The notes beneath the pieces are model-generated. The model saw only the letters and a list, made by a program, of their open reading frames with translations, made no database searches and was not told the origin of the DNA. The position numbers were made by a program, and so were the translations under genes. Shown here one piece after another: positions 8,647-17,752 of a DNA stretch of 43,916 bases. Source of the DNA: a virus (taxonomy: Duplodnaviria > Caudoviricetes). How positions within the stretch are numbered: position 1 is the stretch's first letter; each line of letters begins with the position of its first letter. The stretch lies in the IMG/VR virus record IMGVR_UViG_3300044695_006301, positions 1 to 43,916 of that record, one strand, 5' to 3'.

Positions 8647-9329
8647 CACAAGTAATACTACACGGAATTTTGGCGAAAGAGTTTAGAAAAACTTTTAGCT
8701 TGGCAATGAAACGTCCCAAAGAGGTTTTCGACGCTATTTCGTGCGCTCATGGCAATTTCCGTAATAGACTCGTAGAATTAGCTAACCAAGGAATTCATTT
8801 TACTCTACTTATAGATGGCAAAAAGATAACTACTATAGAAGAGTTATCTATTGTATCTGATAATCAAAAAATTGATATTGTTCCATTGGTATGTGGCGCT
8901 GGCAGAACTGGCGCTGCTATTGCCATTATCGCTCTTGGTGTATTAACTGCTGGAGCTGGATTGGCTGCGTCAGCTGGAATGATTGGGGTAATGGGAGCAG
9001 GAGGAGCGGCAACTCTTGGCGGTATAGCCGCAAGTACTTTAGTTAGTGTGGGAATTGGTATTGCTATGATGGGACTTCAAATGATGTTGGCTCCAAAACC
9101 AAAAATGGAAAGACCATCTGCGGATGTTAATTCCGCAAAACAATCTTTTATATTTTCATCGAAAGCCAATGTTGTAGAACAAGGCATACCAGTTCCAGTT
9201 GGATACGGTAGATTAAGAGTCGGTTCAGCAGTTATACAATCAACCATAAAATCATATCCACAAGCCTTTGAAAAAGAGAATTCTCTAGCTTCTGACGGAC
9301 AAATACAAACTAACGATAGATTAACATGA
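8643..9329 (+). CDS. Tail assembly protein I-like
   Basis: VILHGILAKEF, IDIVPLVCGAG, Gly/Ala hydrophobic middle, QGIPVPVGYGRLRVGSAVI. Confidence 0.9.
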   Translation: MTQVILHGILAKEFRKTFSLAMKRPKEVFDAISCAHGNFRNRLVELANQGIHFTLLIDGKKITTIEELSIVSDNQKIDIVPLVCGAGRTGAAIAIIALGVLTAGAGLAASAGMIGVMGAGGAATLGGIAASTLVSVGIGIAMMGLQMMLAPKPKMERPSADVNSAKQSFIFSSKANVVEQGIPVPVGYGRLRVGSAVIQSTIKSYPQAFEKENSLASDGQIQTNDRLT

Positions 9330-12300
9330 AACACGTTAATAAAAAACTTTTAATTCGCGGAGCTGGCAAAGGAGCGCCAAAACCAAAACCAGCAATTTTA
9401 AATCCGCCAAAACTAGGTGGGTTTAAAACCGTTGCCTCTTATAGCGTGGCAGAGATTATTGATTTGATTTCTGATGGACCAATTGAGGGTTTGGTAGATC
9501 AAAACAGTCGAACGCTTAGCAAAGACATTTTCAAAGGTATTTATTTGGATAATACGCCTATACAAAATACTGAAACCTTGAGTCTAGCTACAATTTACAA
9601 CAGCTTATCAATCTCTAGCTTAACTAATGCCATTAGCAGTATTTTTATTAAAGACGGGAAATTCAAAACAATTACAAAACAACCCTTACCAACCGAAGGC
9701 GTATTTTTCTCTCGATATAAAGCAGACGATGATGCTTATTACCAAACATCAATTCCGAATTATGAAAAAAGTTGGTCCATTTCCTATAGATCACTAAATA
9801 GTATAATTCCATATTTTATATTATCTGGTAATAAAATAGAAATCCATCATAATTCTCCGATTGTAAAAAAATCTGCAATTTTGACATCTTTCGAACAACA
9901 TATTTTAGATAGATCGAAAAATGGGGGAGATGCCGAAACTAGATCTTTTGCTCAAGCAAATATTAAAGCGTTAGACAAAATTAAAAATCTAATAAATCAA
10001 TCAAACTATGTTTCTGATACCCGTGCAGCGGGAAGGGTAAATACGTCTTTTATTATTATTGATGTAAGTGGCACAGTAAATTTGCCAATAATTACAAGCG
10101 ATAAAGATATAGATTTTTCAATTACTGGTTTATCTGATCAATTCGATTATGTATATACGTTAACTCAGCCAGAGATATCTAATAATTTGTATACAGGAAA
10201 CGTAAGAAGCGTCGTTATTATCGCTGCGCCATTGAGCGAATTAGGTTCATCGAGTCAATATTTTTATTATTTTCCGAAAAGTCTTCTGTTGTCTCTAAAT
10301 AAAAATCTTAAATTGGATGCAAAAGAAAAATCATTAAATATTACTGGCGGAACCAATGATTTATTTAATTTCTCCAACGTATCCTGCGAATTTAAAAATG
10401 GACAAGAAAACCAAACGAGTTTAAGTAAATTTGATAAAGTCTTCAATGATTATGCTTATGAAGCAAGATTATTGGGACCATTTATCAAATCAGATGCGCA
10501 AGCTATACAAAGAATTATTGTCAATGATAAGGATACACTATTTAAACTTGGAGCAGCTGGTGTTGGTAAAGATAATTTAAGCATATCACAAACCGCTTTA
10601 ATGGCTGGGCAAGAGGGATCTCAAGATTCGAGGGGAACAAATAATTATTCTGATTGGAATAATGAAAATGAAAAAAAAGACTATGACTCTTTAGCTGTTA
10701 CACATACTATTGAAAACCCTTTCGTAGATAAAGTATCATTATCAATTATTGTTAATTCTTTGTCCGATACAATGCATGTTGATGTTACATCAATTCAGGG
10801 TATTGATGGAGGCAAATTAGCGGCTGGATCTAAGATTCCGTCAATTGTAGCTATCAAAATTGAAACAGGCAAAATAACCAATGGTCAAAAAAAAGACGAT
10901 AAATCATATTCTTATTCAATTGTTGGTTTAATTGAAGGCACTTGTGCAATTGATTTCGGCGCAGATTATAGCGAAGCAGAAAATTTATTAAAAGACTCTG
11001 TTAAATTGATTGATGGAGAGAATTTAAATAACGCAAATTTAACTCGTCCATTTGATCTTCCAACGCTTGAAAATGGCGAAGATCCATCTACTACAAAACG
11101 ATATATAAAAGTTGTCAAGATATCTTGCGAGACCAACTCTGTATTAATCAACAAAGAAATCGCCTTGGGTAAAGTAACTGAAATAATTGACCAAAGACTT
11201 TCTTATCCATTTTCAGCAATTGCTGGAATTAAACTAGATGCTAGAGCTTTTGGCTCGATTCCAGAACGCAGTTATGACTGCAAATTAAAGAAAGTTAAAA
11301 TACCTTCAAACTATAAGATAATAGATGATGATACGCTACTGGATATTAGATATGTTAAAAGTGCAAAAAATTACACTACAACAAAACAAATATATCGAGG
11401 AGATTGGGATGGATCATTTGAAGAGGGTTGGACAGATAATCCAGCGTGGATATTATATGATCTACTTACTAGCAAGCGTTATGGTTTGGGATCATATATC
11501 GACGAATCTCAAGTCAATAAATGGGAACTTTATAAAATTGCTAGGTTCTGTGATGCAGTAGATGATGAAGGATATTTTATTGGCGTTAGTGATGGCGTAG
11601 GAGGATTAGAACCTCGATTCTCTTGTAATATCTTATTCAAAGAACAGACTAAAGTATATGACGCTATTAATATCATTGCTAATTTATTTCGCGGTATAGT
11701 ATTTTTCGGAGGTTCGGAAATTCATTTCCTTGACGATAGACCAAGAACACCTATTGCTCTATTTAGTAATTCAAATACTAAAGATGGAATATTTAACTAT
11801 AGCAACACACGAAGAGATCTACAATTCAATACTGTAGAAGTGGTATATTTAGATCGTTTCGACAACTATAAAACAAAAGTAGAATATATACAAGACGAAC
11901 AAGATATCCGCAAAAGAGGAATTTTTAAAACTACTATCAACACATCAGGTGTCACTTCAAGAGCTATGGCTCGTCGCATTGGTCAACATATCATTTATCA
12001 AACAACAAAGGAAAATCAAACGGTAGACTTCATCGCTGGCTTGGAGGCTTTGTTGTGTAGACCTGGAGATTTAATTGTTGTTGAAGATGAAATGAAAACT
12101 CGCTCAACTAACTATGGAAGAATATTAGATGTGGATCTTGTTAATAAAAAGCTAAGAATTGATAATCAATTCAACGCTTCTCAATACACGGGATTCATTA
12201 CTGTTTATACACCAACTGGTTACTCGACATCTTCAGAGTTAGATCAATTAGCAATAACTGGGAGACAAAGGGTCGAGCAGTTTTCTATCACTGGTAATTT

Positions 12301-13396
12301 TTTAGGGAATGCTGCATATTCGATTCTTCGTGGAACATATGAATTTTCTGGATATACTTCTGGATTTAATAATACTACTTATCCAGTGCAATTCCCACTA
12401 TATACAGGAACTGGATCAGCGGGTCAAAAACTTTTTTGTTATTATAATACAGGAGCAACTGGATTTGTTTTCTCTACTGGTTTAGCATTTCAAAATAACA
12501 CTATATACGATAAGATAATCACTAATACTGGTGTATTTTTTGGAGCAGATATTTCTTCGTTATCGGAGGGAAATAGCGGCAACTATACTGGATTCACATA
12601 TAGCTCAGCAACAAATAAAAGAACGAGTCCAAGTGGTCAGATATCTGGAGCTATAGATTGGAATACGAATTTATATCCAATCTCGCGAGGTGTTCTTGAC
12701 TCAGAGATTGATACTTATAATCTTTCTCAAATCACAAAAATATCATTAACTGGTTATGATAACACAGTTGATTACGGAAGCGTTATAGCTTTAAATGCAA
12801 ACGATCCGAATGTCAGCTTCTTGCCAGCAGTTAAAGCGGGAAGCGTGTATAGAATCGAGCGTCAGTTAGCCTCAGATCAAATTTACAAAATTATTTCTAT
12901 ACGCGAAAACTCTCAAAATGAATATGGCGTTACTGCTACGAGATACGATACAGGTAAATTCGAAGAAATTGAAAAATCTATTACTGAAGACTATCTCGAA
13001 AATACTTACTATACTGGAGTGGTTAGAGTGGGCAATGTCGTAGTGAGTCAAGTAGCTACTCCCGTAATAACCATATTCTCTGGACGAGATCAAACATCTA
13101 GCAATTTCAAGCTAACGGGTAGATGGACAAGTGGAGCTGGCGGTTCAATAACTGGTTTCAGCGTATCAATCAGCAATTCTTTGGCTGGTTACTTCGAATC
13201 AACCATCACAAATCAAACAGGAATACAATTCACTGGATTAACTAATATCGGAAACTGGGGTCTATCAGTTACTGCATTAGCTAAACAAAATAATATTAAC
13301 TCATCGACTGCTACGACAGGAACATTTGTCGCATATTCGGGGTCTGATATTACAACTATCACTAAACCAGCAATTACAAGCTTTTCTTTACAATAA
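9326..13396 (+). CDS. Tail tip / host-specificity protein J-like
   Basis: IDLISDGPIEGLV, YPFSAIAG, WDGSF..WTDNPAWILYDLLTSKRYGLG, EPRFSCN, GVTSRAMARRIG, RPGDLI. Confidence 0.92.
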   Translation: MKHVNKKLLIRGAGKGAPKPKPAILNPPKLGGFKTVASYSVAEIIDLISDGPIEGLVDQNSRTLSKDIFKGIYLDNTPIQNTETLSLATIYNSLSISSLTNAISSIFIKDGKFKTITKQPLPTEGVFFSRYKADDDAYYQTSIPNYEKSWSISYRSLNSIIPYFILSGNKIEIHHNSPIVKKSAILTSFEQHILDRSKNGGDAETRSFAQANIKALDKIKNLINQSNYVSDTRAAGRVNTSFIIIDVSGTVNLPIITSDKDIDFSITGLSDQFDYVYTLTQPEISNNLYTGNVRSVVIIAAPLSELGSSSQYFYYFPKSLLLSLNKNLKLDAKEKSLNITGGTNDLFNFSNVSCEFKNGQENQTSLSKFDKVFNDYAYEARLLGPFIKSDAQAIQRIIVNDKDTLFKLGAAGVGKDNLSISQTALMAGQEGSQDSRGTNNYSDWNNENEKKDYDSLAVTHTIENPFVDKVSLSIIVNSLSDTMHVDVTSIQGIDGGKLAAGSKIPSIVAIKIETGKITNGQKKDDKSYSYSIVGLIEGTCAIDFGADYSEAENLLKDSVKLIDGENLNNANLTRPFDLPTLENGEDPSTTKRYIKVVKISCETNSVLINKEIALGKVTEIIDQRLSYPFSAIAGIKLDARAFGSIPERSYDCKLKKVKIPSNYKIIDDDTLLDIRYVKSAKNYTTTKQIYRGDWDGSFEEGWTDNPAWILYDLLTSKRYGLGSYIDESQVNKWELYKIARFCDAVDDEGYFIGVSDGVGGLEPRFSCNILFKEQTKVYDAINIIANLFRGIVFFGGSEIHFLDDRPRTPIALFSNSNTKDGIFNYSNTRRDLQFNTVEVVYLDRFDNYKTKVEYIQDEQDIRKRGIFKTTINTSGVTSRAMARRIGQHIIYQTTKENQTVDFIAGLEALLCRPGDLIVVEDEMKTRSTNYGRILDVDLVNKKLRIDNQFNASQYTGFITVYTPTGYSTSSELDQLAITGRQRVEQFSITGNFLGNAAYSILRGTYEFSGYTSGFNNTTYPVQFPLYTGTGSAGQKLFCYYNTGATGFVFSTGLAFQNNTIYDKIITNTGVFFGADISSLSEGNSGNYTGFTYSSATNKRTSPSGQISGAIDWNTNLYPISRGVLDSEIDTYNLSQITKISLTGYDNTVDYGSVIALNANDPNVSFLPAVKAGSVYRIERQLASDQIYKIISIRENSQNEYGVTATRYDTGKFEEIEKSITEDYLENTYYTGVVRVGNVVVSQVATPVITIFSGRDQTSSNFKLTGRWTSGAGGSITGFSVSISNSLAGYFESTITNQTGIQFTGLTNIGNWGLSVTALAKQNNINSSTATTGTFVAYSGSDITTITKPAITSFSLQ

Positions 13397-13399
13397 TTT

Positions 13400-15232
13400 A
13401 TGTTTTCATATCAAAATAAAGTAGTTGGAATTAAAATAACAGGTCAGGCGGATTCTGACTTGTTTGATATTTTAGTTAATAGTGGATATGTGGGATCGAC
13501 AACTGGTTCAGGTCAGGGTGATGGCGCTTATTTAATTGGTTCTAGCAATAGTTTGTTGGGTTTAACAGGCATATATAATTATCCTACTGGCTATCCATCG
13601 TCAGTGTTGTGGGAACTTTATGAAGATTATTATATAGTGGAATATGAAAGTGGAGCTTCTGCTAATAATGGAAGCCCTCTTTCTGGTTATTATACAGGAC
13701 TAGGTGTAGATTTTGGCGGCGATTATACCCTTATACACACGGGAGATAATTGGAAATTACAATACTTAGGAGATACTGGGATCTTATCAGAAGGTGGATC
13801 AGATCCATCAAATCCCTATGGAACATATTCAGGCGGATTAGATAGTACGATTACTATTTCTCCAGATCCATCTATTCAGATATCTCAAACGCCTATTTAT
13901 TATTTTAGTGATCTTATTCTAAACGAAGGATCAAATCAGCTTTGCTTTATTAATAATTTAAACAATGGTAGCGGAAATAAATTATTCTACGAAATCGGAT
14001 TATATGAATTAAGCGGATCAACTTTAGTCAGTCCGTCAATTATTCAGACGGGAGAAGTTCTTCCGACTACAGGAACTGACGAATGTTTATTTTTTGACTT
14101 GGCATATCCAACGGGGATTCAAATATCTGAATTTGATCCATTTTTTGATGTGGACACTGGAAATCTTAATCAAATATTCACGGGTAGTGGTGTCCATTTG
14201 CAAAAAGATGTTACGTTTTTCTTTGATATTTTAGATCAACAACTTAATTCTATTTCTTCTAATCAACAGTTTGTTGAGAATCCATTGATTAGTGGGTGTG
14301 TTTTTGACGTTTTAAATATAGACGGCACGACCGCTGTCGAAAATTTCTTTACTGGAAAATATGCTCGATCTGTAACTATTTCAGCATTAGATAATGAAAA
14401 CATTTTCGGTGCTTATCGAAAAGACTTTGGAGTGAGATGTAAGTTACCAAATACATTTGATGGATCGGTTTTTACAGGAGTATTTTTAGCATATGGCAAT
14501 CTTCCAAATATTATAGATCTAGTACCTAACTATGCCGAATTTAGTGGAGCGCCACAAGCTACTGAATCTTTTAGCTCATCAATTGTATTACAGAATAATT
14601 TAAAATTTATTCAAATGGATAGATATGATGTTTATGCCTTAACTCAAAGTGGATCGGCAGTAAATGAGTTAACATTCTTGAATCCAACTGCGCAAGAGGG
14701 ATATTTATTTTCTCAAAGTGCAACTAATGTCTCTGATAGCTACGCATTGACAATTAACAAGGGTGAATTATTAGAAAACACTCCATATTACTTTACGGTC
14801 GTTCCGTATGGAGTGCTAGGGTCTGGTAAACCTTTTGTTTTCGGACCAACTACGTTTGTTCCCAAAGAGACAAATTTAATATTTCCGACAGTAAATGCGA
14901 GCGCCTTAAATATGTATTATGGTTCTGGTTTCAGCAGCACCGTATATAAAACGGGTTTATTTGCTACAGATAAGGAGATTTTACACCAGTTTTCATCTGG
15001 AGAGTTTAGCTCGGTAAAATATTTTGTTGAGATCTATTCAAACGGCACAAGACAACTCTCGGATCTAAAAGGAGTAATTAACGATACAGGGCTTCACTTA
15101 ATAAGTGAAGCCGTAAACGATACATTAACAACCTATCGGCTCAAAAGTATTTTTAGTGGCTTATGCGGCTTGGAGGCTAGTGGCGCAAGTTATTCTGGCT
15201 CCTCTTATAAGCTACACGCTACTATGATCTAA
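13400..15232 (+). CDS. Putative virion/tail protein, S/T-G rich, with FN3-like segment
   Basis: Follows J after 3 nt; NTPYYFTVVPY FN3-like motif; many TG/SG dipeptides. Confidence 0.65.
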   Translation: MFSYQNKVVGIKITGQADSDLFDILVNSGYVGSTTGSGQGDGAYLIGSSNSLLGLTGIYNYPTGYPSSVLWELYEDYYIVEYESGASANNGSPLSGYYTGLGVDFGGDYTLIHTGDNWKLQYLGDTGILSEGGSDPSNPYGTYSGGLDSTITISPDPSIQISQTPIYYFSDLILNEGSNQLCFINNLNNGSGNKLFYEIGLYELSGSTLVSPSIIQTGEVLPTTGTDECLFFDLAYPTGIQISEFDPFFDVDTGNLNQIFTGSGVHLQKDVTFFFDILDQQLNSISSNQQFVENPLISGCVFDVLNIDGTTAVENFFTGKYARSVTISALDNENIFGAYRKDFGVRCKLPNTFDGSVFTGVFLAYGNLPNIIDLVPNYAEFSGAPQATESFSSSIVLQNNLKFIQMDRYDVYALTQSGSAVNELTFLNPTAQEGYLFSQSATNVSDSYALTINKGELLENTPYYFTVVPYGVLGSGKPFVFGPTTFVPKETNLIFPTVNASALNMYYGSGFSSTVYKTGLFATDKEILHQFSSGEFSSVKYFVEIYSNGTRQLSDLKGVINDTGLHLISEAVNDTLTTYRLKSIFSGLCGLEASGASYSGSSYKLHATMI

Positions 15233-15387
15233 TCATTAACTAGAGCTTCTAATCCAGCCAAGAAATCTCTTTTGCCATCTTGAGAAAGGCGAGTATAGAT
15301 TTTTTTAGCTCTTCGATATGCGCGTTTAGAAACTGGATTTTCTGGCGGCAGTATTTGTCTTAGTTTTTTTGCTTTTTTATTGTTCAT
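15229..15387 (-). CDS. Small basic protein, 52 aa (MNNKKAKKLRQILPPENPVSKRAYRRAKKIY...)
   Basis: Read manually; ATGA overlap with the GNAT gene; fills the gap exactly. Confidence 0.7.
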   Translation of the reverse strand: MNNKKAKKLRQILPPENPVSKRAYRRAKKIYTRLSQDGKRDFLAGLEALVND

Positions 15388-15839
15388 AATTTACTAATGT
15401 ATGTTTCAGTATCTTTAAGAAATCCCATTTTTTGGTAAAATGATTTGACTTTAGGGTGAGAGGGATTATTAACCGCCGTAGCCATTACTATATATTTGCA
15501 TTCAGTTTGTCTAGCAAAATCTACTGCTGTTTTAAATAACTTGTAGCCAACTTTTGGATTTTTAGATAACCACAAAAATTCAAAAAAGATCTCTTCATTG
15601 AATTTCGCATCACGCACTTTATTGAAGGCAATCATAGCGTCGAACTTGTCGCCATTTAAATTGCCCCAAACAAAGAAGTCCCAAGCCAAAATAGATGGAT
15701 GAGAAAAGTTCGCCTTAATAGTCTCTGGATCGTGAGTTAATAAGGCGTGACCCTCTGTAGAATCCTGTTTTTTGAAAAGCTTATACATATCATCAATGAG
15801 CTTTTCAAATTCCAAGGGATTAGTTATCCGTTTAATCAT
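15384..15839 (-). CDS. GNAT-family acetyltransferase-like protein
   Basis: KVGYKLFKTAVDFARQTECKYIVM...VKSFYQKMGF GNAT C-terminal signature. Confidence 0.7.
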   Translation of the reverse strand: MIKRITNPLEFEKLIDDMYKLFKKQDSTEGHALLTHDPETIKANFSHPSILAWDFFVWGNLNGDKFDAMIAFNKVRDAKFNEEIFFEFLWLSKNPKVGYKLFKTAVDFARQTECKYIVMATAVNNPSHPKVKSFYQKMGFLKDTETYISKL

Positions 15840-16596
15840 TGATTTTCTTCATCAAAACCCTAGCGGTTTTAGCTGGTACATCCGCGAAGCTATTCCAGTT
15901 TTTAGCATCAGCTAAAAGATTAAGCATAGTTTCGTCTTTGTTTTCAGAAGCTACTGCCCACATATCTCGAAGACGAACTTTGAAATCTTCAAGTGAAAAG
16001 ATCTTCAGTTTATTATTGACATTTTTTTCTAAAGCTCCTTGTGGAGTAATAGGAACAACGCTAGATTGTACAAGATCAGAAATATCAACCGCTTTGTTTT
16101 TTGATTTGTCGATTTCATCTGCACCGACAATGTGAATATTTAAAAAGTTACGAACACAACGAACAAAAGCGCGATTGCATGCGATAGTCTCCAAGAACTT
16201 CAAGCAGAAGTTGTCTGCATTAGCTTCTGTAGCATTCGCCACATCTTCGAAGATTACTGATTCTCCACTTGTTTCAAAGTTGCCAATCCATTCAATTACG
16301 CAAGTTGCAACAACATAATTTGTGCTAATGTGATTAACTGAATAACGAACGCTTTTAAAGCCGCGCAGACGAGCCAATTCTTTGATGCCTCCCAGCATAA
16401 TCAAAAGCTGTTTATCTTCTAAACCTTCGATAGAAGTCGGAACTTGCATCTTCCGAATCTCAAAGAAATCTTTGTTGGGATAAAGAAACTGAGGATCAAT
16501 CATGGCTCGCCAATCGACGAAACCGTCTGGAGTAAACTTGTATTCTTTTTTGTCGATTAGTCCATCTGGACTTCTTGTAATTTTATTTTGTATCAT
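15832..16596 (-). CDS. Putative Rad52/Sak-like ssDNA-annealing protein
   Basis: VVATCVIEW...FEDVANA...LETIACNRAFVRCVRNFLNI pattern resembles the Rad52-fold core. Confidence 0.5.
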   Translation of the reverse strand: MIQNKITRSPDGLIDKKEYKFTPDGFVDWRAMIDPQFLYPNKDFFEIRKMQVPTSIEGLEDKQLLIMLGGIKELARLRGFKSVRYSVNHISTNYVVATCVIEWIGNFETSGESVIFEDVANATEANADNFCLKFLETIACNRAFVRCVRNFLNIHIVGADEIDKSKNKAVDISDLVQSSVVPITPQGALEKNVNNKLKIFSLEDFKVRLRDMWAVASENKDETMLNLLADAKNWNSFADVPAKTARVLMKKIND

Positions 16597-17752
16597 AAAT
16601 ATAGAAATGGTTTAATTCGCTAAGTAGCGACTCATTATCCTCTATAAAAAGGTTCTTGTCAAGAATATTTTTGTCTTTTTTCCAGTGATAGGTGCTGGGG
16701 TATTTTTTGCCGCGAGCCACGATAGTTTTCGTAGAGTGGAAAAGTGAATTATTAAAAACGACTTTTTTATCTTTTAAAAGAGATTCATCTGTCAAGGCGT
16801 ATACCTGCACGTTAAAATTAAAATACTTATTTCGAATCGTTGATAGAATAGATGCGTCTTTTACTAAAAGGCTAACACCAATACCCAAGCCGCTAATATA
16901 GTTGAGATAATCATCAGAAAGAACTGTTTCCTCATTCACGATAAAAGTGATGTTCTTTAGTTTACCTTTTAATTTAAGAATAAACTGATGGGGAACCATC
17001 TTGTCCACGAAGAAAGAAAAAGATGGCAAATACTCGCACCAAGACTCTACATACGAATAAGATTCGAGATAATCGAGTCTAATAAACCAATGTTTGTCAA
17101 ACATCCCAGGCATCTGTGAAAAAAAATCTGGAACCAATTCGAAAACGGGATGATGATAAAAATCACCAATGAAACGAGTTTTAAGTGGAATAGATTTATC
17201 TGGTGCAAATTTTTTGATAATCGCATTGGCAATTTCTTCTGGTAAAATTTTATTGATTGAATCTTGTTGATCAAAAGCATTAAAGCTAGGCTTGACTTCC
17301 CAAGGAGCTTCGATATTTGTTTTACTTTCGGCAGAACTCCAATATCCATCGGAACAGGCGGCATAAGAATCGCCAAACAATGCGACAATCGGAATATTAT
17401 TAAAGCTCGCGTAGTGCATCAATGCATCGCTGCCGCCAATATGGAGTAAACTGTTCTGAACGATATACGCTTGTTTTTTGAAATCAAGATCAAAAATCAT
17501 TTCGTCAACCGATGTTAATTTTTTTGATTTTGAAGACCCAATTTGAATAATCTTAATCGACTGTTTGTCTAAAAACGAGCGTACGGAATCAAAAACAATA
17601 TCAAAATACTTATACTGCTTAGATGGAATTTGAGGCTCCACTGACACAGTGATGTATTTCTCTGGAATAACTGGAAAGAAATGTTCCGCCAAAACAGGCT
17701 TGCCGATTTTTACACCAAGATTCTTGGCATACTCTTCTATTAAATGACTCAT
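16583..17752 (-). CDS. GT9 (heptosyltransferase)-like glycosyltransferase with C-terminal extension
   Basis: IIQIG, LHIGGSDALMHYASFNNIPIVALFG resembles the GT9 motif DSGxMHxAxAxxxPxVALFG. Confidence 0.65.
   Translation of the reverse strand: MSHLIEEYAKNLGVKIGKPVLAEHFFPVIPEKYITVSVEPQIPSKQYKYFDIVFDSVRSFLDKQSIKIIQIGSSKSKKLTSVDEMIFDLDFKKQAYIVQNSLLHIGGSDALMHYASFNNIPIVALFGDSYAACSDGYWSSAESKTNIEAPWEVKPSFNAFDQQDSINKILPEEIANAIIKKFAPDKSIPLKTRFIGDFYHHPVFELVPDFFSQMPGMFDKHWFIRLDYLESYSYVESWCEYLPSFSFFVDKMVPHQFILKLKGKLKNITFIVNEETVLSDDYLNYISGLGIGVSLLVKDASILSTIRNKYFNFNVQVYALTDESLLKDKKVVFNNSLFHSTKTIVARGKKYPSTYHWKKDKNILDKNLFIEDNESLLSELNHFYIYDTK

Noticed and set aside
9326-15232. Diversity-generating retroelement acting on tail genes
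   Set aside because: No reverse transcriptase and no template/variable repeat pair visible in the window
16634-16666. Palindrome ATTCTTGACAAGAA containing TTGACA-17-GATAAT
   Set aside because: Lies within coding sequence, imperfect -10, single occurrence; cannot separate from chance
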